NCBI GenBank assembly: GCA_030699125.1
Contig: JAUYKM010000007.1
Span: 5,082 to 69,081, forward strand
Source of the DNA: Candidatus Daviesbacteria bacterium
GTDB taxonomy: Bacteria > Patescibacteriota > Microgenomatia > Daviesbacterales > UBA10151
DNA: 64,000 nt
Direction: 5' to 3'
The notes under the pieces are model-generated. The model was not told the origin of the DNA, ran no database searches, and saw only the letters and a list, made by a program, of their open reading frames with translations. Within the stretch, counting starts at the first letter, position 1. Each line of letters starts with the position of its first letter. A program made the translations under genes and the position numbers. This document shows positions 39,987 to 52,700 of this stretch, one piece after another.

Positions 39987-40945
39987 TGTCTTCTCCAAAC
40001 CGCCTGACTAAACTGGCTTTGTGGGTGCTATTTATAATGGGGGCTATCCTAATTTCTGCCAAAATTTATACCGGCCCGCTTCGCCCGCCTCTGGCGTGGC
40101 TTCCTAATTTTAACTTTAGTTCCACCTATATTTATTCATATGAGAATGAACAATTAGCAGGAATTGTCAAGAAGAATCTATCAGGGATGGAAGGGCAATT
40201 TGGGGTTTATATTGAGGATTTAAACTCCGATGATAAATATGAATTTAATGGCCAGCATAGTTTTCCCACAGCCTCCCTTTATAAACTTTTTCTGTTGGCC
40301 GCGGTTTTAAAAGAAGTGGAGAATGGTCAATTAAGCTTAGATGATCGGCTATCTTGGAGCAAATCCGCATTGATTGAAGCTTATGGAGAGCTGGACTTTG
40401 GTTATGAAGAAGCTGCAGAGATTATCAGCTACAGCGTGGATGAGGCTTTGATGCGAGTAGGCCGCATTTCCGATAATTTTGCCTCAATTATGCTGGCTGA
40501 AAAAATAGGATGGGAAAAATTGCAGGAATTAGCAAATAAACTAGGTGTTAGCAGCACGGTCTTGACTGGTGATTCTTTTTCCACCACTGCCAAAGATATT
40601 GGGTTTTATTTTAAGCTGCTTTATCAAAAAAGAGTGGTCTCAGAAGTTGTTTCCAGTCAGATTATAGAATATTTATCCTTAAACCAGATCAACAACAGAT
40701 TGCCCGCTAAACTGCCGCCAGAGACCCAAAATCAGCCCGACAGCTGGCAGCTGGTCCATAAGACCGGAGAACTAGCGGGAATCCGTCATGACGGAGGGTT
40801 TATGATCTTGTCCCAAAAAGCTTACGTAATCGTGATCCTCAGCAAGGATTTAAAATATGAAGATGAGGCAATAGAAGCCATGGCCAATTTATCAAAAGAG
40901 GTATTCGAATATTTTAAAGAAAAAAGTGGACCCACCGGGAATTGA
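39986..40945 (+). CDS. Class A beta-lactamase-fold serine hydrolase
   Basis: SxxK (ASLYK), SDN and HKTG motifs; N-terminal anchor. Confidence 0.88.
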   Translation: MSSPNRLTKLALWVLFIMGAILISAKIYTGPLRPPLAWLPNFNFSSTYIYSYENEQLAGIVKKNLSGMEGQFGVYIEDLNSDDKYEFNGQHSFPTASLYKLFLLAAVLKEVENGQLSLDDRLSWSKSALIEAYGELDFGYEEAAEIISYSVDEALMRVGRISDNFASIMLAEKIGWEKLQELANKLGVSSTVLTGDSFSTTAKDIGFYFKLLYQKRVVSEVVSSQIIEYLSLNQINNRLPAKLPPETQNQPDSWQLVHKTGELAGIRHDGGFMILSQKAYVIVILSKDLKYEDEAIEAMANLSKEVFEYFKEKSGPTGN

Positions 40946-40997
40946 ACCCGGATCTGAGCAATGCGAATGCTCTATTCTGCCGTTGAACCATAGGCCC
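40927..40997 (-). tRNA. tRNA-Ala(CGC)
   Basis: Minus-strand cloverleaf, GAGCA-ttCGCat-TGCTC, G3:U70. Confidence 0.93.
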
Positions 40998-41014
40998 TGG
41001 GCGAAGTCGAAGGG

Positions 41015-41086
41015 TGGACCCGAGGGGAATTGAACCCCTTATCTTCTCCATGCCATGGAGACGTCGTACCGGTAGACCACGGGCCC
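41015..41086 (-). tRNA. tRNA-Ala(GGC)
   Basis: Minus-strand cloverleaf, TCTCC-atGGCat-GGAGA (A32-U38), G3:U70. Confidence 0.93.
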
Positions 41087-41149
41087 TTGATGCTAAATTA
41101 TACAATAATTATATAGATCCCGTATCAAGTACGGGATGACAAAGGAAGA

Positions 41150-43489
41150 TTATGGCTGTGGTGTAGGTTCCGGAGTAGCATTAGGTCTTTTTACAGCCGA
41201 GGGGGTGGCTATTTCTTGCGGCTGACCAACTTCCACATTAACATCAGCTTCCAAAGCTCCCTGGGTTTCAGCGGCCGGCGGCTGCTGGGGAGAAGGAGGT
41301 GATATTCTGTTTTTCAAATCATTTAAGTAATCCGTGCCCACTCTGTAATCATCAGAATCAGCTTCCAGCAGTGAGAGCATTCTTTCAGCTGCAGCTTGGG
41401 CATTGACCAAGTCTCCCTTGTCCCTCATGGCCACTGATAGATTATAATAGGCATTGGCAAAATCAGGCTTCAAATTTATGGCATCGGTAAAGAATCTGAT
41501 AGCCAGATCGTAATTTTGCACCGCATAATAAGTTCCGCCTACGCCTAATCTTAAGAGCGGATTGAGAGGATCCTGAAAAATAGCCCGGCCGTATGAGTCC
41601 AGGGAGAAAAGCAGAGCATTTTCCGCCACTCCGGCAATCTGCCTATATAGAGTGGCTAAAACTTCCCAGTTGGCAACTGATCTGGGACTTAAGGTGACAG
41701 CAGTTCTGCCTTCATTAATGGCTTGCTGCAGCAAAACCTGGATATTTTGTCTGTCTTCATCAGTTAATGTTCCCTGAGGGTTTTCAGGGGTAGGGGCTTT
41801 GGCAGTAGCAATAGCATTAGCCAGGGCAAAATTGGTCTGGGCAATATTGATGCGGTATAGATCATTGTAGGGATTGCGATTTTCCGCTTCGACAAAGGCG
41901 TTATAAGCTGCCAGGCCATCATTTCTGCCAATGGCCAAAATAGCCTGGCGGTGATAATAATCAGCTACTGCAAACTTTCCGCCGTAAAAAAAGGCAAATA
42001 AAGTCAGGGCCAGACCTATCACCAAGAGCACCCCGGGCAGGGCATTGATTCTGACTACTTCTTCTGATGAACGGGTGGAGGAGATATTGGCAGCTACCCT
42101 TAATATATTTTGGCCAATATTTTCCCCAAATCCGCCAAATAAGGATCTGGCCGGACCTTCTCTTAAAAAGTTAACCACCATAAAGGATCCCAAAATAGTC
42201 AGTCCCACTACCCACACAGGCAGAGTGGCAGTGTGGAAAATTAGTATAATAATAAAGGTAAGGCCGGAGATGGCAAGCCCTATGCTCAAGCGGTTAACCG
42301 GGTTTTGCGGTTGTTCTAAAGTTTTATCCAGCCTGATAGTTTTCCAGGCAGCGCCAATAAACAGCAAAGTGACTGAGATTAAAGCCAGCAGTCCAATACC
42401 TCCCAGAGTCCCCAGGACTTGCAGGTACTCATTAAACGATTGTTCAAAGCGGATATTCCAGAAAGTGGAATTGTTAAACTCTATGGGCTTATATAAGGTG
42501 AAGTTGAAAAGATGAGTTGAGGGACCGGTTCCCCAAAAAGGATGGTCCCGGAAAGCTGAAACTGATACTTTCCAGGATGTCAAAAAGTCCAGTTGCACTT
42601 CTCTGGGAAAGTTTTTAGCCCTTTCATATAAAGGATTTTGCGCTCCTCCTACCGGAGGAATAAATGATAAAACTGCCAAAAGAATTGCCAGAGCAGTTGG
42701 TACAGCCACAAAAATCCAATTAATTTGTTTAAGATTGGGTTTAGATGCTAGGATAGCAAGTCCCAAGGCAGATAGACCTGCTACGAAACTGGCTACCCCT
42801 CCTGTTAACACTATGGTAATGCCAAAAAGGGCTAAAAGCAGGCCGTAAATAAAATAAATTCCCAGGCGGGGAATTTCAGATAAGGTGGCCACAGTTTTGC
42901 CGGTTAATATCTCTACCGCCAGAAGAGGCAAAAGCATGGCTAATATAGCAGTGGTGGAAAAAGAAGAGCCGGTTGGAGTAAAGTTGACTGTTTGATTCCA
43001 ATCAGCAGGGAGAAAATTGATGCCAAAATAGGAGAGGATAGTTACTAAAGAAAGTATTGCTCCTGCCCCAAAGAGCAAATTGATCACAAGTCTTACTTCT
43101 TTAAAGGATTTCAAATTATTAACATATAGGAAGTAAAACAATATATATGATACCAGCGCCACCAAACTGCCGTTGATTTTACCTTGATGTCCCAGTAAAG
43201 AAATAAAGGGGGAAGAGGAGAAGATGGTGGAGATGACAACTACTGCTAAAAGTAATAATAGGGGTAGATCCAGAGGAGTACGCAGTAAAACAACTTTATC
43301 TTCAACTGTAAACTTCAGAGTTAAAACAACCAGGGTAATACCCACAAATCCTAAAAGGGCCAAATATTTGGGAGTGTCAAAAGCCTCGGTGGTGAGGTTG
43401 GTAAACAAAAAGAAAACGCCAGCAAGCATCACCGCTAAGACTACTTTAAAGATTAATTCCAGATAAACACTCAAGACATTTTTAGTCAT
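41150..43489 (-). CDS. O-antigen-ligase-like membrane protein with C-terminal TPR
   Basis: ~12 TMs, P.WGTGP..F, NEYLQ...T.G..G, TPR repeats; start moved to MTKN because the listed start lies in a repeat element. Confidence 0.85.
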   Translation of the reverse strand: MTKNVLSVYLELIFKVVLAVMLAGVFFLFTNLTTEAFDTPKYLALLGFVGITLVVLTLKFTVEDKVVLLRTPLDLPLLLLLAVVVISTIFSSSPFISLLGHQGKINGSLVALVSYILFYFLYVNNLKSFKEVRLVINLLFGAGAILSLVTILSYFGINFLPADWNQTVNFTPTGSSFSTTAILAMLLPLLAVEILTGKTVATLSEIPRLGIYFIYGLLLALFGITIVLTGGVASFVAGLSALGLAILASKPNLKQINWIFVAVPTALAILLAVLSFIPPVGGAQNPLYERAKNFPREVQLDFLTSWKVSVSAFRDHPFWGTGPSTHLFNFTLYKPIEFNNSTFWNIRFEQSFNEYLQVLGTLGGIGLLALISVTLLFIGAAWKTIRLDKTLEQPQNPVNRLSIGLAISGLTFIIILIFHTATLPVWVVGLTILGSFMVVNFLREGPARSLFGGFGENIGQNILRVAANISSTRSSEEVVRINALPGVLLVIGLALTLFAFFYGGKFAVADYYHRQAILAIGRNDGLAAYNAFVEAENRNPYNDLYRINIAQTNFALANAIATAKAPTPENPQGTLTDEDRQNIQVLLQQAINEGRTAVTLSPRSVANWEVLATLYRQIAGVAENALLFSLDSYGRAIFQDPLNPLLRLGVGGTYYAVQNYDLAIRFFTDAINLKPDFANAYYNLSVAMRDKGDLVNAQAAAERMLSLLEADSDDYRVGTDYLNDLKNRISPPSPQQPPAAETQGALEADVNVEVGQPQEIATPSAVKRPNATPEPTPQP

Positions 43490-43501
43490 AATTTTCCTAT
43501 T

Positions 43502-43580
43502 GTCATCCCGCCGAATGGCGGGATCCAATTAACCATGTAAGCTAGGTTTTTAATTAGATTCCTGCATTCGCAGGAATGAC
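43502..43580. repeat. GTCAT-hairpin dyad element
   Basis: GTCATCCCGCCGAATGGCGGGATC ... GATTCCTGCATTCGCAGGAATGAC. Confidence 0.8.
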
Positions 43581-43715
43581 AGTGACGATAATTTTTTAGA
43601 TTACTACTCTAACATTACTAGGTTATAAATAGTTCTGACAAGTGGGTATAAATATATCAAAATGGTAATTTTTGGATCAGTTTTAGGAAAAAATCTTCCG
43701 TGAAAAAAATAATTT

Positions 43716-46700
43716 TCATGGAGAGGGTGGGCCGATGCCGACAGTAGGATTACCGGATACTATTAAGTAATCAAATTCCACATCTTTGGTTTCTGACTTG
43801 GATAGTTTGACGGTAAAGGATCCGTCTGATTTATTAGTAACAGTGATCAGCTGGCCTAAGGGCACTTTAGGGGTGAGCAGGATAACTGAGGTTTCATCAA
43901 TGTGAGGATTTTTAATGGAGGCTTGGATTTGGCCGGCCGGGATAATACCAACTCCTGCTGTTTGATCCTGTTTAACTTTAATTTGATCTACTATGATGGT
44001 TTTAGCCTTAATGGTACCGTCTTTCTCCAGGGTAATTTTTCCATTAAAGATATCTATGGAAGAAGCCAGTTGAGATTTCTGAAGATAGAGGGTGGATAGA
44101 GCATCAATGGTATTCTCACTGAATGATAATGTTCCATCTATAGTTAGGTTTCCGGCAATTAAAGTATTACCTAAGGTGGTAGTACCAAAGGATTTAAGGG
44201 AGTTTTGGATAATGGCATCATAAGCGGTTAAGGATCCCAGGATCTGGGCAGAGGAAGTTACCTTAAGGTCTGCAGTTAAGGTAGCTGAGTCAGAAGCCAG
44301 TAAGATGTCCGGAGGAGTTAAGTCCAGTGCATCAGTGGATCGGTGTATCAGTGTATCATATAAGGCAAGTTCAGCAGAGTCAGAAGCCTCAGAACTGATT
44401 CCAGCAATCTCTGCAGAAGGAGTAGCTTCAGTATTTTCTTCCTTAATTCTTAATTCTAGATTCTTAATTCTAGATTCTAATGTAGCTATCTTGCCGGAAA
44501 GGTCATAAAACTGGACGGTAGAGGATGGAGAATAGATGGTAGTATTTTGAGGATCGAGGGTAGAAGATGGAGAAGAAGAATCTGTAATCAATCTACTATC
44601 TTCTATCTTCAAATTACTATCTTCTATCCCTCTACTATCTATCGTCAATGATGCTACCTTAAGCTTGGGTATAATTAAATTTCCTTCATTATCCATAGTT
44701 AAGGATGAGAAGAAATTCCCCGGATCTGCAAAGCCACTCTTAACATGGACTAGGATCTGGCCACATTCCACACCCGGTGTGTAAGCGCAATTTTCCACAC
44801 CGGGTGTGGAGCCGGTGTTAGCTGAGAAATCCTCTAATGCTTGGCCTATGACTTGTCCTGGTCTGGTGGCTTTGGCTGCTACTCCCGGAATTTCTGATGA
44901 GGTTAGGTAATCTCCTCTTTTAATATCCCCATTGATAGTAGATACTTTGGTCTTAATCTGACCAAGAAGGCCCACAATGGCTTTATTCACACCGGGGGAG
45001 TCAAGGCCCACCCCCGGTGTGTAGTCTGCGTTTCCTACAAAAGCAGCATCTTTGGAGACTACACCAATCAGGTTTTGGTCATAAGGGATGGATGATTTAG
45101 CCACTCCAGAATGACTCACCCCGGGGGAATCAAGGCCCGCCCCCGGGGTGGCTAGGCTTACTAAATCCCCATCCTCAGTTTCCTCTAAAGCATCAAAATA
45201 TTCTGCAAAATCAGCACCGGTAGATTCATAAGCTACTTTATTATCATTAAGCCTGATTCTGCCTACTCTGACTCCGGCGCTGTCACTGGCCACCCCAGCA
45301 TAAAAATCAATAAAATTAGATGAGACTCCGGAAACAGCAGTACCCAAACCTATCCTTAATCCGGATGTATCCGGAGTATCTACTCCTGACAGGTTAACTA
45401 TGGAGGCAGCAGCAGAGGAGGAAGCTTCCTTCTCTATGGTTAATCCATACAAAGGATTGGTAGTACCAACTCCTACATTACCCAAACTTAATATATTAGA
45501 TGTGGATAATACTGAGCCTCCTACAGACAGACTCACACCGGGGGAGTCAAAGCTCGCACCGTACGGTGTGGCTCCTATTGCCAGGTTACCATCCAGATAT
45601 AGTAAACCTGAATCTAATCTCTCAATGAATTGTTCAGCTTCCCACCAGGTCACATTAACCTGCATTAAAATCTGGCCAGGCGGGGCACCAGTACTACTCA
45701 CACCGGGGGAGTCAGAGCCCACCCCCGGTGTGGCTAAGTAGTCCTCCATAGCTCTGCCAATAATCCTTCCTGTTTTAGTTGCTTTCATGGCTTCACCAGT
45801 AGTAGATGAGGAAGTGAGAGGATCACCTGTATAGATTGGTCCGTTCTCCAGATTAACCTTAACCCATACTTGTCCGAGCATTCCTACATTGGCATAGGTA
45901 GGATCAGAATCCCTGTTATCATCAGGATTATTATATGAAGTACCTCTGGTAGTTATGACTCCAATAATATTCTCATCATAGGATGAATTTGACCTTCGCA
46001 CCACCCCGGGGGAGTCAAAGCCCACCCCCGGTGTGCCCGGAGTTAATATCATGACATCCCCGGGTTCAGATGCATCCTCCTGTTTAATATATTCTGAATA
46101 ATCAGCAGTAGTAGCATCTGAATTGAATCTAAAGGTAGTACCGTTGGACTGGACCCAGATACGGCCTTCAGAAGCAATATTACAGGCATCTACACAGCCT
46201 ATGGCAAGCTCACCGTCAACATCTAACCCGTTCGGGGTGGTATTTACATTATCCCCGATTTCCAGAACCAGATTAGTGCTGTCATATTCAAAAGTGGAAT
46301 AACCGGTAATTGAGGATGTCCCATCCCAGACAGCTATCTGAGGAGCAGTTCCTGTACCGGTAAGCCCGGCGCCTGCATCTGCCTCACAAACTACTCTGCC
46401 TGCAGAATCTGTAGTTAGCTTCCCTCCACCTGATAATCCTGAACAATTATAACTTTGCAGCCGCAGGGCAGACCCTACTGTAAGTGAAACACCTATTCCG
46501 GCATTACCGGCCACATCCACTCCGTAATTGGCAGAAGTTCTGCCTATTCCTACATTGCCAAAGACAGATAACCCCAATCCTGGAATAGATGAGAAGGTAT
46601 TCCCTGTCCAGCCAATCCCTACATTACCTCCCACAAATAATGTAGATCCTGGAGTAGATGTACCTATACCTAGGTTTATTCCAACATTACCCCCGTTGAA

Positions 46701-49700
46701 GATTGCAGCTGGAGCTGTATATCCTGCACCAACACCAATCATATTAACTACTAACCCTGGAGTACCTGAACTTACCCCAATCCCCACCATCCCTTGTGAA
46801 TATAATCCTCCTGGACCTATTCCCAACCCTCCACCTACTGTGAGCTGATTACTAATAATAGCTGATTCCCTGACTTGTAAAGCCCCGGCCTCCAATGATC
46901 CAATCTGTGCAGATGTAACATCTATTCCTCCTATATCATAAATCTGAAACTCACAACCTACATTAGTCTGAGCATCACAGGTGTTCGCATTGCTGACTTT
47001 TGTTGCATAGAGGTATCTTCCTGACACAAAAATTGTCTTATCAACATTACCTGCAGGAGCATTCCCTCCATTATCAGCCCCTCCTACAAATATAGGATTG
47101 GATGGATTAGACACATCATATACTTGTATCTCACAACCAATACTTGCAGAGAAACTACATAACCCAGGATTAGCAGCATTACTTAGATACAGATATTTTC
47201 CTGAAACAAAAACAGATCGAATAGCATTAACTACAGAAGCAGTGCTTACTTGTGTTGGAGAATAGGGATTAGATATTCTATAAACATAATATGTTCCACC
47301 ACTATCCCCTAAATAAGCATAACTTCCTGATACAAAAACTGATTCTATGCGATTAGTTCCCCCAGGAGCAACGCTACTTACTCGTATTGGTTTTATAGGA
47401 TTAGAAACATCATAAATATCTAAATAACTAGAGGCTGACCCCCCTCCCACATAAACATATCTTCCAGAAACAAATATAGAAATTGGGAAAGCACTAAGAG
47501 AAATCTGACTTACTAGTAAAGGTGAGGTCGGATCGGAAACGTCAGCAATTTCTAAAATATTAGAGCTATTAGCAATATAAGCATATCTACCTGAAACAAA
47601 TAAAGCAGCAGTACCTCCCGGAAAAGTTAGATTTAATCCTCCCGTGTATAAAGGTTTACTAGGGTTAGATATATCCCAAATTTGAAACTCACAACCATCT
47701 CTGGTAGTAGAAGAACAAGCACCATTGTTTACCCCCCTACCAAGATATAAATAATTTCCTGAAACATAAATAGAAGCAGCGCTACCAGTAAAGCCAGGGG
47801 TACCTGAAATCCCCGCTATAGCAACAGGAGAATTTGGATTAGATATATCATATATTAGAAGGAGACAATTAGTAAGAGTGCTGAGTGTACATGCATTACC
47901 AGTGCTATTATTTTTTCCTACATAAGCATACTTGCCTGAGATAAAGATAGCAGTTCCGTTATTAGTTGATGTAAAACTTGCCCCACCAATATACATAGGA
48001 TTTTGGGGGGTCTGTAACAAACTACCTCCTAATATATCAAGAGCACTTCTGGGGGCAGTAGTTCCAACACCTACATTACCTTGGGAGGTAACTGTAAATG
48101 GTAGTGGATTAGTTAAATTAGTTCCCACATAAGTAGGATTAATTTGGAAAAGCTGGGATGGTGAAGTCCAACCTATACCTATATTACCATTTAGGAATAC
48201 TGCTCCCGGGATATCATTTGAACCAAAGCCTGCTCCCCATAAGTGGAATGGTGCTATGGGACTGCTGGTCCCCAAACCTACATTCCCTTCCACAATCAAC
48301 CCATTGGCAGGAGCATTATAATAGGCAAAGGAGGAACCTATGCCCATAGATCCAAAGACCCCTAATCTGTTGGCTGAGGCAGAGGAACCTATTCCCAGTC
48401 TCATATTGGCATTATCCCAGAAGAATGGATCAGCTCCCTGAACCTGAGTCCCACCGCCATTAAAGAAGGTAACCTGGCCTGCTTCCGGGGTACCAAATGC
48501 CTCAATTCCTGAACCTCCGGCATCAGCATCACAAACTACCCTGCCTGAAGAATCTGTGGTTAACATACCATCACCGCAATTATAGATTTGCAATTGCAAA
48601 GCTGATCCTACTGTTAATGATTGTCCTATACCTACATTACCTACTACATGCAGTCCATATGTTGGGGTGGTGGTGCCAATGCCTACATTGCCAAAGACAG
48701 ATAATCCCAAGGAAGGCATGGCAGCAAAGGTATATCCGGTCCAGCCTATCCCCACATTTCCTCCCACAAAAAGGGTAGATCCCGGAGTAGAAGCCCCAAT
48801 TCCAAGATTTATCCCTACATTCCCTCCATTAAATATAGCAGCCGGAGCTGTATATCCGGTCCCCACTCCTAACATATTTACTACTAATCCTGGAGTCCCG
48901 GATGAAACCCCAATCCCCACCATTCCCTGGCTTAATAATCCTCCTGGTCCTATATTAATACCACTGTTAACTGTTAACTGATTACTGATAACTGCACTTT
49001 CTCTGACCTGTAACCCACCTGCCTCTAAACTACCTATTAATGCACTAGTTACATCTATACCCCCAATGTCATAAATCTGAAACTCACAATCTGTTTTTTT
49101 TGATGAACAGTTAGGACTACTAGAAGCTACACCATCTCCTACATATGCATACCTGCCTGAGACAAAAACTGTATTAGCAGCACTACTGCCAGCATCTGTA
49201 ACATTAGCCCCACCTACATATAATGGATTGTAAGGGTTTGAAACATCATAAACTTGTAATTCACAACCAGTAGAAGTAAAGAAGTTACAAGTTCCAGTAT
49301 TAACAGTTTTTCCTAAATACAAATATCTTCCTGAAACAAAGACAGAGTTAATACCATCTCCAGCAGAAGCTGTAGCTACTTGAGATGGAGAATAAGGATT
49401 GGATGTATCAAATATTCTCAATGTTCCACCACTATCTCCTATATATGCATATCTGCCTGAAACATAAACAGAGTTAGCAGTACCGCTAGTAGAAGTACTA
49501 CTTATCTGTATTGGATTGGTAGGATTAGTTACATCAAATATCTTTAAAGTAGTACCATCTCCTGCATAAGTGTATCTTCCTAAGGTAAATACAGAAGCTA
49601 TAGCATTCCCAGTATTTATTCCTCCTGTATATACAGGAGAAGTGGGGTTAGATACATCATAAATCTGTAATTCACAACCAGTATTTGTAGTAGAGGAACA

Positions 49701-52700
49701 GGTACCACCATTGGCAGCCTTGCCTAAATAGGCATACCTGCCTGATACAAAGACACTCTGGCCAGCATCCCCTCCATCATCTGCCCCACCTATATATAAT
49801 GGATTATTAGGATTGGATACATCATAAACTTGTAATTCACAACCAGTATTGGTGGTGGAGGAACAAGTACCAGCATTACCAGTTTTTCCTAAATATGCAA
49901 ATTTACCAGAAACATAGATACTCTCGACTAGATTAGCTATTTCAAAGCCATTTATAAAAGTTGGATTATTTGGATTAGAGACATCAAAAATCATAAACTC
50001 ACACCCTGTGTTGCTCCCTGCTGTACAACTACCAGTTTCAAATTCTGTTCCAACATAAGCATATTTACCTGAAACAAATATACTTGTTACTACTTGAGAA
50101 TCAGTTGCTTGTAGGTCTGATCCTCCTATAAAGGTAGGATTTTGGGGGGTTTGGAGGAGGGAACCACCTAAAATGTCCAGGGCACTTCTAGGAGCAGTTG
50201 TACCTACACCTACATTTCCCTGTGATGTAACTGTAAAAGGTAGGGGATTAGTTAATTGGGTTCCTACATATGTTGGATTAATCTGGAAGAGTTGGGAAGG
50301 TGAAGTCCAGCCTATACCCACATTGCCATTAAGAAATACTGCTCCCGGAGTTTCATTAGAAGCAAATCCTGCTCCCCAAAGATGGAAAGGAGCAATAGGA
50401 CTGCTGGTCCCCAAGCCTACATTACCCTCTATAACTAGAGAGTTGGAAGCTGGAGTCTGGAAACTGGAAAAAGAGGTACCAATACCCATAGATCCAAAGA
50501 CCCCTAATCTGTTAGCTGAGGCAGAAGAACCTACCCCTAACCTCATTAATTCATTATTCCAGAAGAGAGTATTAGCTCCGGTGACAGATGATCCCCCGTC
50601 AAAGAAGGTAACCTGGCCGGAGGCTGCGGAACCGGAAAGTGTATCTGCGCCGGAATCATCCTGACAAACTACTCTGCCGGAGGAGTCTGTAGTTAACTTA
50701 CCTCCACCACCTAAGCCATTACAAGCATAACCGGAAAGCTGCAAAGCAGACCCTACTGTGAGTGATTGTCCTATTCCTACGTTTCCTACTACCTGCAGTC
50801 CATATGTTGGGGTGGTGGTGCCAATGCCTACATTGCCAAATACAGATAACCCTAATCCTGGCATACTAGCAAAGGTAAATCCGGTCCAGCCAATCCCTAC
50901 ATTACCTCCAACAAATAATGTGGAACCTGGAGTAGAGGATCCTATCCCCAGATTAATCCCTACATTACCTCCATTAAATATAGCTGAGGGAGCAGTATAC
51001 CCTGTACCTACCCCTAACATATTAACCACTAACCCTGGAGTACCTGAACTTACCCCTATCCCTACCATTCCTTGTGATAATAATCCTCCTGGACCTAATC
51101 CTATTCCACCACCTACATAAAGCTGGTTATTTATGAATGCATTTTCCCTAACCTGTAACCCTCCAGCCTCAAGTGATCCAATCTGAGCAGATGTTACATC
51201 TATCCCAGAAATATCAAATACATTTATTCCACAGAAATTAGTATCCGAAGTACAAGTCTTAACGTTATTAAACTGCAGGGTATATAAATACCTACCAGAT
51301 ACAACTATTGCTGTACTACCACCCAAATTAGCAACTCCAGTATCTTTACCTCCTAAGAAAATAGGATTAGCAGGATTTGAGATATCCCAAAGTTGTATTG
51401 TACAACCAGAATTAGTTATGGAATTACACGTAGGATTAGGTAAACCAAGCTTATTTCCTCCCACAAATAAGTAGTTACCAGATACTGCAAAAGAGAATGC
51501 AAAAGCGCTACTAGTTCCAAAAGCATTAGTACTCATAAGAGTGGGACTGGCTGGATTTGAGATATCAAATATTTTGAATTGGCCAGTATTACCAGCATTA
51601 GTATAAGCATATCTACCGGAAACATAAATATCACCACTCTGAGATATTGCACTCATACTAGCTCCTCCTAAATATAAAGGACTGGCTGGATTTGAGATAT
51701 CATAAATCATGAATTCACAGCTAGTATTATCGGTAGAATTACAAGTACCAGCACCATTAGCCTTTCCTACATAAGCATATTTGCCGGAAACGAATAAACC
51801 AACAGCATTAACATTTAGGCTTACTGTTGATACACGAGTAGGATTAATTGGATTGGAGATATCATAAATTTGAAAAGCATGTGCAGTAACAGTAGTTATA
51901 TAAAGATATCTGCCAGATATTTGAAGACCTCTAATACTGCCAGATACAGATACCTGTCCAACAAGAGCAGGGGCTGTTGGATTAGATATATCATAAACTC
52001 GTAAATTAAGTCCTGTTCCAACATAAGCATAATTCCCCACAACATATACTCCACCAACAAGGCTAGAGCCAATGGTTGCACTGCCTATCTGAGTTGGCGT
52101 AGAAGGATTACTAATATCTAAAATTATCAAACCAGTACTATTTAGAATATACAAATATCTACCTGAGACAAAAACTTCATTTTGACCGCTATTATTATTT
52201 TGTCCAGCGGTAATATTATTAGAAGTACCATTAGTTCCCCCAACCCAGGTAAGATTTTGGGGGGTTTGGAGTAAACTACCACCTAAGATATCCAGAGCAG
52301 ACCTAGGAGCAGTAGTTCCTACTCCTACATTACCTTGGGAAGTAACTGTAAAAGGTAGCGGATTAGTTAACTGAGTCCCTACATAAGTTGGGTTTATCTG
52401 GAATAATTGGGATGGAGAAGTCCAGCCAATTCCTATATTACCATTTAAGAATATTCCTGAGACAGTGCCATTACCCCATACATGTAAGGGAGCAATGGGG
52501 GAAGAAGTACCCAGACCTACATTTCCTTCCACAATTAATCCATTAGCAGGAGCATTATAATAGGCAAAAGATGAACCAATCCCTAATGATCCAAAGACCC
52601 CAAGGGTGTTGGCTGAGGCAGAGGAACCTATACCTAATCTCATTAATTCATTATTCCAATAAAATGGAGTTGCACCCTGAACCTGAGTCCCGCCTCCGTC

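Noticed and set aside
39986-40945. Antibiotic-resistance beta-lactamase
   Set aside because: Fold motifs only; the membrane anchor and coupling to an M23 peptidase point to cell-wall metabolism
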